DNA from: Fibrobacterota bacterium
Lineage (GTDB): Bacteria > Fibrobacterota > Fibrobacteria > UBA5070
NCBI GenBank assembly: GCA_036771135.1
Contig: DAIPHW010000006.1
Span: 1-37,684, forward strand
Direction of reading: 5' to 3'
Length of the DNA stretch: 37,684 bases
The position numbers were made by a program, and so were the translations under genes. Shown piece by piece: positions 6,866-16,006 of the stretch. Below the pieces are notes generated by a model. The model was given only the letters and a program-made list of their open reading frames with translations, was not told the origin of the DNA and did no database searches. Position 1 is the first letter of the stretch. Each line of letters starts with the position of its first letter.

Positions 6866-8844
6866 GCGCCTTCCTGGACGTCTGCCTGCTGACGCGGCAG
6901 GCTCCCGCCTTCACCTATCGCGCTCCGCAGCCGCTGGCGGCGGGCACCTTGGTGCGCGTGCCCTTTCGCAACACCTCGACCTGGGGCCTAGTCTGGGGAC
7001 CTGTTGCAGAACCCTCCTTCGCCACCAAGGAGATCCTCGAGACGCCGCTTCCCGATCCGCTGGTTCCGGCCGCGGTCATGGACCTGGCCCGCTGGATCGC
7101 CGACTACTACCTGTGCCCAGCCGGATCGGTGGTTCGGCATCTTCTCCCTGGAGACGGCGGCACGGTACTTGGACTTCTCGGGATCGGCCGCAAGCGCTCC
7201 CTCAAGGCGCGCGCCCTTCCTGAACTTCTTCCGCAGCCAGAGCTCACGCTTAATCCGGCTCAGCTCGCTTGCGCCAGTCGCTTGCGCGACGCCGTACAAG
7301 CTCATGCCTTCGCGCCCATCCTGCTGCGCGGCGTGACAGGCAGCGGCAAAACCGCCGTTTTCCTGGAAGCCGCCCACCAAGCCTTGGAACAAGGACTTGG
7401 GGTGCTCTACCTGGTCCCCGAGATCGCCCTCACGCCGCAGACGGTGGACCGCATCCGCGCTCGGCTGGAAGGCCCGGTGGCGCTCTTCCACAGCGGCCTT
7501 TCCCTGGGAGAGCGCGCCAGCGCCTGGCTTGCCGTGCGCCAAGGTTCGGCGCGAGTGGCCATTGGGGCCCGCTCGGCGCTCTTTGCACCGCTGGCCTCAC
7601 CTGGCCTCCTAGTGGTAGACGAAGAACACGACGGCTCCTACAAGCAAGGCGAGGCACCGCGCTTTCAGGCGCGCGACGCCGCCGTGTGGCTAGCGCGACG
7701 CCAAAGCTGCCCGGTGGTGCTGGCCTCGGCCACCCCCTCCTTGGAATCCTGGCGCAACGCCCAAGAAGGCCGCTACCAACTGCTGGAGCTTCCTGAACGC
7801 GCCCAAGGCCAGCCGCTTCCTTCGGTGAGCATTCTCGACCGGCGGACGGACCCGGCCCCCGGTGCCCTGACCATCACGGCGCGCGAGGCCTTGCGCGAGA
7901 CCATCGAGCGCGGCGAGCGAGCGCTGGTGCTGCTCAACCGGCGCGGCTGGGCTCCCAGCATGGAATGCCGCTCGTGCGGCTATGTGCCCGAGTGCCCCGA
8001 TTGCCCGGGCCTGCGCATGGTGCTCCATCGCCGCCAAGGGAGGCTCGTCTGCCACCACTGCGGCCGTGTCGAGCTGGTTCCTGAGCGCTGCCCGCAGTGC
8101 GGCTCCGACTCGCTGGACGCCGACGGCATCGCCATCCAACGCCTGGAAGAAGAGCTTGCGAACCTGCTTCCGGGCACTCCGGTGATCCGGCTGGACCGCG
8201 ATGTCACCGCCGGACGGCGCGACGAACTGCCCTGCCGCTTGACGGCCTTCCGGGAACACGGCGGCGTACTTCTGGGCACCCAGATGATCGCCAAGGGCCA
8301 CGACTTCCCCTCGGTGACCCTGGTGGTGGCCGCCGACGGCGATGTCGGCGTGGGCGTTCCCGACTTCCGCAGCGGCGAACGCGCCTTCCAGACTCTCACC
8401 CAGGCCGCCGGGCGCTGCGGTCGCGGCCGCTTGCCGGGGCAAGTGCTGGTGCAGACGCGCGATCCACAGTCGGCCATGCTGGAAAAGGTGCGCGGTCACG
8501 ACTACCTGGCTTTCGCCAAGGAAGAACTGCAGGTGCGACGGGAATTGTCACTGCCCCCCTGGACACGGTTGCTCCTGGTCGAGGCGGCAAGCATCTCCGC
8601 CTCAAAGGCCGAAGCGGCCCTCGCGGAACTTGCCGCACGGCTTTCCAGTCTTGAGGGAGTGGCCGCCATGGGCCCCATCGCCGCACCGCTTCCAGTGGTG
8701 CGCCAGGCCTCGCGCTTTCACCTCTTGCTCAAGACCCTCCGCCCCCAGCCGCAGCTGAAAAACCTGCTAGCGCGTTGGCTCTCCGAACCGGGCGATCCGA
8801 AGGTGCATCGCTTCGTCGACGTCGACCCTATCGACCTGATGTGA
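6862..8844 (+). CDS. priA: Primosomal protein N' (replication-restart helicase PriA)
   Basis: Walker A LLRGVTGSGKTAVFLEA. DEEH box LLVVDEEHDGSYKQ. Four-CxxC zinc module CRSCGYVPECPDCPG..LVCHHCGRVELVPERCPQCGS. Helicase C motifs LLGTQMIAKGHDFP and QAAGRCGR. The TTG start at 6862 overlaps the mglB stop (TTGA). Confidence 0.95.
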   Translation: MSAFLDVCLLTRQAPAFTYRAPQPLAAGTLVRVPFRNTSTWGLVWGPVAEPSFATKEILETPLPDPLVPAAVMDLARWIADYYLCPAGSVVRHLLPGDGGTVLGLLGIGRKRSLKARALPELLPQPELTLNPAQLACASRLRDAVQAHAFAPILLRGVTGSGKTAVFLEAAHQALEQGLGVLYLVPEIALTPQTVDRIRARLEGPVALFHSGLSLGERASAWLAVRQGSARVAIGARSALFAPLASPGLLVVDEEHDGSYKQGEAPRFQARDAAVWLARRQSCPVVLASATPSLESWRNAQEGRYQLLELPERAQGQPLPSVSILDRRTDPAPGALTITAREALRETIERGERALVLLNRRGWAPSMECRSCGYVPECPDCPGLRMVLHRRQGRLVCHHCGRVELVPERCPQCGSDSLDADGIAIQRLEEELANLLPGTPVIRLDRDVTAGRRDELPCRLTAFREHGGVLLGTQMIAKGHDFPSVTLVVAADGDVGVGVPDFRSGERAFQTLTQAAGRCGRGRLPGQVLVQTRDPQSAMLEKVRGHDYLAFAKEELQVRRELSLPPWTRLLLVEAASISASKAEAALAELAARLSSLEGVAAMGPIAAPLPVVRQASRFHLLLKTLRPQPQLKNLLARWLSEPGDPKVHRFVDVDPIDLM

Positions 8845-9642
<798 letters not shown>

Positions 9643-9701
9643 CACGATGGGGAAAGATACCCAATCCCCCGCCGCGATTTGGTACTTTCGCACCCCATCC
9701 C

Positions 9702-10373
9702 ATGACGGACGAACCAGCTACACGACAGCCGCAAGGCATTCTGCTTTCCTTTGAAGGCGTGGACGGATCCGGAAAGAGCACCCAGGCGGGCCTTCTGGCC
9801 GAGTCCTTGCGTGCCCAAGGCGCCTCCGTGGAGCTCTTGCGGGAGCCTGGCGGGACGGCCCTGGGTGAGGCCTTGCGCGAGGTCCTGCTCTCCCGCTCGC
9901 ATACGGCCATCTCGCCAGCGGCGGAGCTGCTGCTCTTTTCGGCGGCTCGCACCCAGCTTCTGGAAGAGCGCGTGGCCCCTTTGCTTGCTGCCGGGACGAT
10001 CGTGATTTTGGACCGCTTCTGCGATTCCACCTTCGCCTACCAAGGCTACGGGCGTCGTCTTCCTGAAGACTATCTGGAAGCCCTGGAAACGTGGGTGGTC
10101 GGTCCTTTCCAACCAGCTCGCACCTGGCTCTTGGATGCCCCCCTGGAAATCTTGCGGCAGCGCCGCACCGGGCGCGACGAAGCACCAGATCGCCTGGAAA
10201 GTGAGGCCGAAAGCTTCCGTCAGCGGGTCCGAAACGGCTATTTGGAGCGAGCAAGGCGCTTTCCTCAGCGCATCCGGATCTTGGACGGCGCCAAGACCCC
10301 AACCGAGCTGCAACAAGAGATCCGCACCGATCTGCTCACATTCTTAAGCGGCAGCGCGACGCAGATGGTATAA
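9702..10373 (+). CDS. tmk: Thymidylate kinase
   Basis: FEGVDGSGKSTQAGLLAESLRAQG..VELLREPGGTALGEALREVLL contains the P-loop and the dTMP-kinase signature. DRFCDSTFAYQGYGR follows further on. Confidence 0.95.
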   Translation: MTDEPATRQPQGILLSFEGVDGSGKSTQAGLLAESLRAQGASVELLREPGGTALGEALREVLLSRSHTAISPAAELLLFSAARTQLLEERVAPLLAAGTIVILDRFCDSTFAYQGYGRRLPEDYLEALETWVVGPFQPARTWLLDAPLEILRQRRTGRDEAPDRLESEAESFRQRVRNGYLERARRFPQRIRILDGAKTPTELQQEIRTDLLTFLSGSATQMV

Positions 10374-10380
10374 TCTTCGC

Positions 10381-11145
10381 ATGGCCTTTGTGCATCCCAA
10401 TCCGGTCCCGGAACACCCATTGCTCGCGCGCTTGGCCGCCCGTTATCCAGAAGCTGTGGTGAGACTGCAGTATCTGGACGGCGAGGAGGTCCTGCACGAG
10501 GACGAAGCAGACACTGCCCTCTTCTTCCTGGAAGACGGTTCCCTAGTGGTTGAGCAGGCCGTGGGTCCAGGAGTCCCCCCCAGGGTGCTCAAGCTCCTGA
10601 CCAACGCCGCCGATTCTGGACAGATCCTGCCGTTTGGGGAGATGGCCCAGGCCTTTGGCAAGCGCACCGCCACCATCCGCTCCAGCGGTGGCAGCACCGT
10701 GGTACGGTTGGGCACCGGCATCTTCGAGGAGATCTACCGCGAGTTCCCCGAGATCGCCCGCACTCTGAATCTCAAGCTTGTCGAGCGTCTGCGCGACATG
10801 AACCTGCGACTCAAAGATCTCTCGCTACGCATGGAACCTCCGGTGGAGCGGCTCTTCCTGGACCGCGACGAGACCCTCGCCACCGCTGGCGAGCCCACCG
10901 CGACGCTGTGGCAGTGCGTGGCCGGCCACGTGCGGGAAGTGGGCGAGGACGGATCGAGCGAAGAGATCCTGCCCGATTCCGACGGATTTCTCGACCCCCT
11001 CGCCTTTTTCCGTGGGGAACCTTCTCCGCGAACCCTGGAAGCCTCGGCCGGAGCCTTCCTGGTGCGCTGGAACGTCGGCGACCGCGCCGAAGTCTTCCGC
11101 TTCTATCCCGAACTCGCCTTGCGGCTGTTGAAGGAATCGACGTGA
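10381..11145 (+). CDS. Cyclic-nucleotide-binding-domain protein (one clear and one degenerate cNMP-like domain, no obvious output domain)
   Basis: LHEDEADTALFFLEDGSLVVEQ...FGEMAQAFGKRTATIRSSGGSTVVRLGTGIFEEIYREFPEI fits the cNMP-binding beta-roll and phosphate-binding cassette (FGE...R.AT+). A second weaker copy is present (LATAGEPTATLWQCVAGHVREV...RTLEASAGAFLVRW). Confidence 0.7.
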   Translation: MAFVHPNPVPEHPLLARLAARYPEAVVRLQYLDGEEVLHEDEADTALFFLEDGSLVVEQAVGPGVPPRVLKLLTNAADSGQILPFGEMAQAFGKRTATIRSSGGSTVVRLGTGIFEEIYREFPEIARTLNLKLVERLRDMNLRLKDLSLRMEPPVERLFLDRDETLATAGEPTATLWQCVAGHVREVGEDGSSEEILPDSDGFLDPLAFFRGEPSPRTLEASAGAFLVRWNVGDRAEVFRFYPELALRLLKEST

Positions 11146-12587
11146 ATTTGGGTTTCAATCTGAGCATGGATATGCGGATGGAGCAAAGGCTCACTCCGCA
11201 GATGATCCAATCCCTGAAACTGCTGCAAGTCTCTTCGCTGGAGCTAGAGATGCTCGTCAAGCAGGAGATGGAGCAGAATCCCTGCCTGGAACTGGACGAC
11301 AGCCCAGAAGAACGCACCGAAGAACGTGCCGAAGAGCCCGACTGGGAAATCAAGGCCCCCGACGAACTAGACGAAACGCCTGTCGCCTCCACCGAAGAAG
11401 CGCGCACCGACATTGATTGGGAGAGCTATTTCGACGACGGTTTCGAGACCGGCATCAACTTCAACGAGGAGCGCCCCGACGAGGACGCTTGGGAAGCCAC
11501 CCCAGTGCACCAGGCGAGCATGGAGGAATTTCTGCTCGACCAGATCCAGGAAAAGCGCTTCGACCCAGCCCTGCGCCCGGTTCTGGAGTACCTGATCGGC
11601 GGCCTCAACGAGAACGGCTTTCTGGAAACCCCCAAGGAAGAGGTCCAGAAGAAGTTCCCCTTCATTGACGACGCGGCCTGGGAAGAGACCCTGAACGTCC
11701 TTCAGTACCTCGATCCGCCCGGCATCGGAGCCCGCGACCTACGCGAATCGCTGCAGATCCAACTGCAACGCGCCGGCAAGCGCGACACCCTGGCTTGGCG
11801 CATCGTGGCCGAGTGCTTCGGACTTTTGCAGAAGCTCAAGATTCCCACCATCGCCCGCCGCCTGAATTCGTCTCCCGAGGAGATCCAGGCCGCCATCAAG
11901 GAAATCGGCTCGCTGGAACCGCGTCCCGGCCGCTCCCTCTCCACCCAGCCTCCAGCGTCCGTCATCCCCGATCTCATTGTCGACCGGGCACCCGACGGCT
12001 CCTGGCTGGTGCTGATCAACGACAAGACGGTGCCTTCGCTGCGCGTCTCACGTAGCTACCAGGATCTGATCCGCCGCGGCAGCCACGCCAGCGCCGACGA
12101 GAAGAAGTACGTGCGCGACAAGCTCAACTCCGCCTCGTGGCTGGTGCGCTCCATCGAACAGCGCAAGGGCACCATGCTGCGGGTGATGTACGCCATCATC
12201 GAAAGCCAGCCGGAATTTTTCGAGAACGGCCCCGGACATCTCAGACCGCTGGTGCTGCAGACCATCGCCGACAAGGTGAAGATGCACATCTCCACCGTGA
12301 GCCGCGTCACCAACGAGAAGTACGTGCAGACCCCGCACGGCGTCTTCGAACTGAAGAGCTTCTTCTCGGCTTCGGTTACTCAGGAGGACGGCACCGAGAT
12401 CAGCTCCGTGGAGGCACGCGACGCCATCCAGAAGCTCATCGACGCCGAGGATAGCGAAGCTCCCCTTTCCGACCAGAAGATCGTCGACGAGCTCAAGAAG
12501 CACGGCGTGGACGTGGCCCGCCGCACCGTGGCAAAATACCGCGACATGATGGGCATCTTGCCGGCGCGCATGCGCCGCAAGTTCTAG
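11142..12587 (+). CDS. rpoN: RNA polymerase sigma-54 factor RpoN
   Basis: Region I is QRLTPQMIQSLKLLQVSSLELEMLVKQEMEQNPCLE, followed by an acidic region II. The HTH is HISTVSRVTNEKYVQTPHGVFELKSFF and the RpoN box is ARRTVAKYRDMMGILPARMRR. GTG 11142 overlaps the upstream stop (GTGA); ATG codons a few residues downstream (MDMRMEQ) are alternatives. The ORF-track extension to 10908 overlaps the cNMP gene. Confidence 0.95.
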   Translation: MNLGFNLSMDMRMEQRLTPQMIQSLKLLQVSSLELEMLVKQEMEQNPCLELDDSPEERTEERAEEPDWEIKAPDELDETPVASTEEARTDIDWESYFDDGFETGINFNEERPDEDAWEATPVHQASMEEFLLDQIQEKRFDPALRPVLEYLIGGLNENGFLETPKEEVQKKFPFIDDAAWEETLNVLQYLDPPGIGARDLRESLQIQLQRAGKRDTLAWRIVAECFGLLQKLKIPTIARRLNSSPEEIQAAIKEIGSLEPRPGRSLSTQPPASVIPDLIVDRAPDGSWLVLINDKTVPSLRVSRSYQDLIRRGSHASADEKKYVRDKLNSASWLVRSIEQRKGTMLRVMYAIIESQPEFFENGPGHLRPLVLQTIADKVKMHISTVSRVTNEKYVQTPHGVFELKSFFSASVTQEDGTEISSVEARDAIQKLIDAEDSEAPLSDQKIVDELKKHGVDVARRTVAKYRDMMGILPARMRRKF

Positions 12588-13855
12588 GGGCGCACCACTC
12601 GGGACGTTTCGATGCGTCCGGCGGCATGCCAGCGCACCAAGAGCACGCCACGCGCCGCGCTCGGAAGCAAAAGCGCCTGACCACGCGCCAGCGCGCCCAA
12701 GTCCCAGGCAGCCAAGGAGCGTCCCGAAGCATCGAAGACCTCCAGGCGACCAGCGCCGAGCTCCGAGAGGGCCATCAAGCGCCCGGCAGCATCCAGGCGC
12801 CAAGAACTGCGGCGCAAAGCGCTCCTATTGGCAATTCCCGAAGCGGCGGCCAAGGCATGCAAGTCTGGCACTCCCCAGCCCAGCAGGGAATCGGGACGGG
12901 AGGCTTGGCTCGCAGAACTCTTGAGGGAGGCGATTACCTCAGACGGGGTCCAGTCGGGATGGAGTTGGCGCACCAGTACGGCCATGCCTGCCACCAGAGG
13001 CGCCGCGAAAGAAGTGCCGGAATAGTCGATGATGCCGTCGGTGTCACTGGCGTCGACGGTCGGGACGGAACAGCCAAAAGCCGCCAGGTCCGGCTTGATG
13101 CGGCCGTCGTAGGTGTTGCCGACAGAGCTGAAAGAACAACGCACCAGAGACGTGTCCACGGCCGCCACCGAAAGAATGCCGTCGGCGTCGGCCGGAGCTC
13201 CGAGGTTGGGAGCCGGCAAGGAGGCGTCGTTGCCCATGGCGGCCACCACCACCGCGCCGCGGGCGGCAGCACGAGCGGCAGCCACGGATTCCGGGCGCGT
13301 CTTGCCATCGAACTGGCTCCAAGGCAGGTCGCCCACCGAGTCGATGTAGTAGCGATACCCGAGCGAGATGCTGATCACCCCAGCCCCCGAATCCACAGCG
13401 CGATTGATGGCCTCGGCAAGCCAGGTCCCTTCCGAGAGCCGCTCGAAGCTATCCACCTCGGTGCGGTAGAGCAGAAAGTTCGCCGCCGGAACGATGCCCG
13501 GGAGCGAATCCCAGTCCGAAGCCAAGACGCCAAGAGTGGCAGAGCCGTGCGAGGTGCGTGCCACGGTATCCCAGGCCGGGGAAAGCTTTCGGAGATAGTC
13601 CCAAGAATCCACGATCCCGGATGCTTGCAGCCGTGCGAGGCCGCGGTGGCGAAGACAGAATCCGTCATCAATGACGGCCACCCGCATGCCCTGGCCCGGC
13701 CTCTCGCCGTGCGCAGCCAAGGTGTCCCGAACCGCGAGGATGCCCAGGCGCCGATGCATGGCGGAAAGATCCTGTCCGGCGGTGGCAGCGAAGGCGCTGG
13801 CCGTGGCGAGCAGCGCTGCCGTCACGAGACCCATGAGTCTATCTTTCACGTCCAT
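12584..13855 (-). CDS. Secreted subtilisin-family (S8) serine peptidase with a T9SS-type C-terminal sorting domain
   Basis: The catalytic triad contexts are VAVIDDGF (Asp), SHGSATLGVLAS (His) and GTSFAAPLVAGMA (Ser). The signal peptide is MDVKDRLMGLVTAALLATASAFA. The C-terminal tail is RLEVFDASGRSLAAWDLGALARGQALLLPSAARGVLLVRWHAAGRIETSRVVRP. Start alternatives are TTG 13864 and ATG 13834. Confidence 0.85.
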   Translation of the reverse strand: MDVKDRLMGLVTAALLATASAFAATAGQDLSAMHRRLGILAVRDTLAAHGERPGQGMRVAVIDDGFCLRHRGLARLQASGIVDSWDYLRKLSPAWDTVARTSHGSATLGVLASDWDSLPGIVPAANFLLYRTEVDSFERLSEGTWLAEAINRAVDSGAGVISISLGYRYYIDSVGDLPWSQFDGKTRPESVAAARAAARGAVVVAAMGNDASLPAPNLGAPADADGILSVAAVDTSLVRCSFSSVGNTYDGRIKPDLAAFGCSVPTVDASDTDGIIDYSGTSFAAPLVAGMAVLVRQLHPDWTPSEVIASLKSSASQASRPDSLLGWGVPDLHALAAASGIANRSALRRSSWRLDAAGRLMALSELGAGRLEVFDASGRSLAAWDLGALARGQALLLPSAARGVLLVRWHAAGRIETSRVVRP

Positions 13856-14198
13856 GACGGACAAAACTCTATTTCAGAAGATCCACGCGCGAGAAATTCC
13901 CGCACGTTTCGTCTACGAGGACGATCTGGTCTTCGCCATCCATGACATCGACCCCAAGGCCCCGACCCACGTCCTGATCATCCCCGTCAAGCCCATCCGC
14001 TCCCTTTCCACCATCACCCCCGAAGACGCTCCCATCCTCTCGGCCCTGCTCTTCGCGGCCCAGACGATCGCCAAGGCAGAAAACCTCGGACAAGGATGGC
14101 GCCTGGTCACCAATACCGGCCTGTATGCCGGGCAGACCATTCCGCACCTGCACTTTCACCTCCTGGGCGGCCGTCACATGGGCTGGCCCCCGGGCTAA
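13854..14198 (+). CDS. HIT-family (HinT-like) nucleotide hydrolase
   Basis: MTDKTLFQKIHAREIPARFVYEDDLVFAIHDIDPKAPTHVLIIPVKP...TIPHLHFHLLGG contains the histidine triad HxHxHxx. The ORF-track extension to 13671 is antisense to the protease gene. Confidence 0.9.
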   Translation: MTDKTLFQKIHAREIPARFVYEDDLVFAIHDIDPKAPTHVLIIPVKPIRSLSTITPEDAPILSALLFAAQTIAKAENLGQGWRLVTNTGLYAGQTIPHLHFHLLGGRHMGWPPG

Positions 14199-14936
14199 GT
14201 GGTCCGCACCCAGGCGCTGGTACTGCGCCGCATTCCCTTTGGCGACACCTCGTGGATCCTCCATGCCTTCACCCGCGAGGAGGGCAAAGTCTCCCTTCTG
14301 GCGCGCGGGGCGCGTCGTAGCGGCAGCCCCTTTGCCGGTGCCGTGGAGCCGCTGAGCCTTTCCGAAGTCGTCTACACAGCCAAGACGGGGCGCGAGATCC
14401 ATCCCTTGTCGCAAGCCTCGCTGCTGCACGGCTGGCCCGTCCTCCGAACCGAGCTGCCCATCATGGCCTGCGCCCTGGCCGGCATGGAATCACTTGAGGC
14501 GCTGCTTCCCGATCCGTTGCCCCACGAGATCCTGTTCGAACGCGCCGTCACCTTCCTCGCAAGCCTAGAATCAGGACATCCAGCGGCCCTGTGCTTGGCA
14601 CGTCTCCTGTCGGTGCTCAGCCAGGAGTTGGGCCTTTCGCCACGACTGGAAAGCTGCGCCCGCTGCGGATCCGCCGAGCTCACGGCGGCACCGCTCCATG
14701 TCGCGTCCCTGGGAGGAGTCGTCTGCGAGGCCTGCGCTCCGGAACTGCGCGGCGAGCGTCTGGATCCGGAGCTCTTCGAGGCCTTGCAGAAATTGGCCCG
14801 AGGCACGCGGCCCCGGGACTACTCCGTCACTCTCCAGCGCTTGAGCGAAGCGTTCCTCTACGACCACCTGCTGCGGCACACGCCCCGCACTCCGCGGCTG
14901 GAGGCGCGCGCGCTGTGGGACGAGGTGCGCCCGTGA
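14199..14936 (+). CDS. recO: DNA repair protein RecO
   Basis: The N-terminal OB-fold signature is QALVLRRIPFGDTSWILHAFTREEGKVSLLARGARRS. The zinc motif is CARCGS...VVCEAC. The GTG start follows directly after the hit stop. Confidence 0.9.
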   Translation: MVRTQALVLRRIPFGDTSWILHAFTREEGKVSLLARGARRSGSPFAGAVEPLSLSEVVYTAKTGREIHPLSQASLLHGWPVLRTELPIMACALAGMESLEALLPDPLPHEILFERAVTFLASLESGHPAALCLARLLSVLSQELGLSPRLESCARCGSAELTAAPLHVASLGGVVCEACAPELRGERLDPELFEALQKLARGTRPRDYSVTLQRLSEAFLYDHLLRHTPRTPRLEARALWDEVRP

Positions 14937-15928
14937 GAACGCGCCTAGCTCCCACCCCGTCGGGCTACGCCCACATCGGGAACGCCGCCAATTTCGTGCT
15001 CTGCTGGCTTTTCGCGCGGGCCCAAGGAGGCGAAGTGGTGCTGCGCATCGAGAACGTCGACCGCGCTCGCGCCCGACCAGAATTTGTCAATTCGCTCTTT
15101 GCGGACCTTGCTTGGCTAGGGCTGGACTGGGATCTTGGGCCGGCCGGTCCCGAGGATCATGAAAGCCCATACGTCCAATCTTCCTCCATGCGCCAGGCCC
15201 GCTACCGCGAGATTCTAGAGGACTGGAAGACCAGAGAGCTCTGCTACCCCTGCAGCTGCACCCGCCGCGACCTAGCCCTGGCCGCCCCCCAAGTGCAGCA
15301 CTTGGCCGAGATCTCTGGCTTCGGACGTCCCTATCCGGGCACGTGCCGTCATCGCCACCCTGGTGAAGCCGGGCCGCACGACGCCTGGCGGCTGCGTCTG
15401 CCCCAAAAGCCTGATGCCTTTGATGATCTGTGGCAAGAAAGACAAGAATTGTCTGATCTGCGGGAATGCGGAGATCCCGTAATAGCCCGTGCCGACGGCT
15501 GCTTCGCCTACCACCTCGCCGTGTGCGCCGACGACCTCGACCAAGGCATCACCCATGTGCTGCGCGGCGAAGACCTGCTCCCCTGGTCCCACCTGCACCG
15601 CCACATCTTCGGCCTGCTGGGTGGGACGCCACCGGCCTTCGGGCATCATCCCTTGCTCGGAGACGCTCACGGCAGGCGCCTTTCCAAGAGCGCTGGCGCC
15701 GAATCACTTGCAGCAATGCGACGCTCCGGAATCCGTCCCGAAGAGGTGTTGGGACGCCTCTTGCCGGTGCTGCATCCAGAATTGAAGCGGTGCGAAGATG
15801 CGATTTCCTTGTCTGAACTCCTTTCGCTGGGAGCCCCATTCCCCGCCAATGGCCGCATGAAGCCCAGCGTTTCCCGGGAGAGTACAAAGCCTTCACAAAG
15901 GGCAGGCGCGACGGCGGACGGCGATTAG
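14933..15928 (+). CDS. gluQ: tRNA glutamyl-Q(34) synthetase (GluQRS/YadB-type truncated GluRS paralogue)
   Basis: RLAPTPSGYAHIGNAANF is the HIGH motif and RLSKS is the KMSKS-like motif. Zinc ligands are CYPCSCTRRD...YPGTCRH. DDLDQGITHVLRGEDLL is also present. At about 331 aa there is no anticodon-binding domain. GTG 14933 overlaps the recO stop (GTGA). Confidence 0.85.
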   Translation: MRTRLAPTPSGYAHIGNAANFVLCWLFARAQGGEVVLRIENVDRARARPEFVNSLFADLAWLGLDWDLGPAGPEDHESPYVQSSSMRQARYREILEDWKTRELCYPCSCTRRDLALAAPQVQHLAEISGFGRPYPGTCRHRHPGEAGPHDAWRLRLPQKPDAFDDLWQERQELSDLRECGDPVIARADGCFAYHLAVCADDLDQGITHVLRGEDLLPWSHLHRHIFGLLGGTPPAFGHHPLLGDAHGRRLSKSAGAESLAAMRRSGIRPEEVLGRLLPVLHPELKRCEDAISLSELLSLGAPFPANGRMKPSVSRESTKPSQRAGATADGD

Positions 15929-16006
15929 ATTCCTCTCAAGCCACACCGGAGGAATGATGGGACAACTGACGGGACGGACGGCACGAACCACCAGCGAAGG
16001 CCGAAC

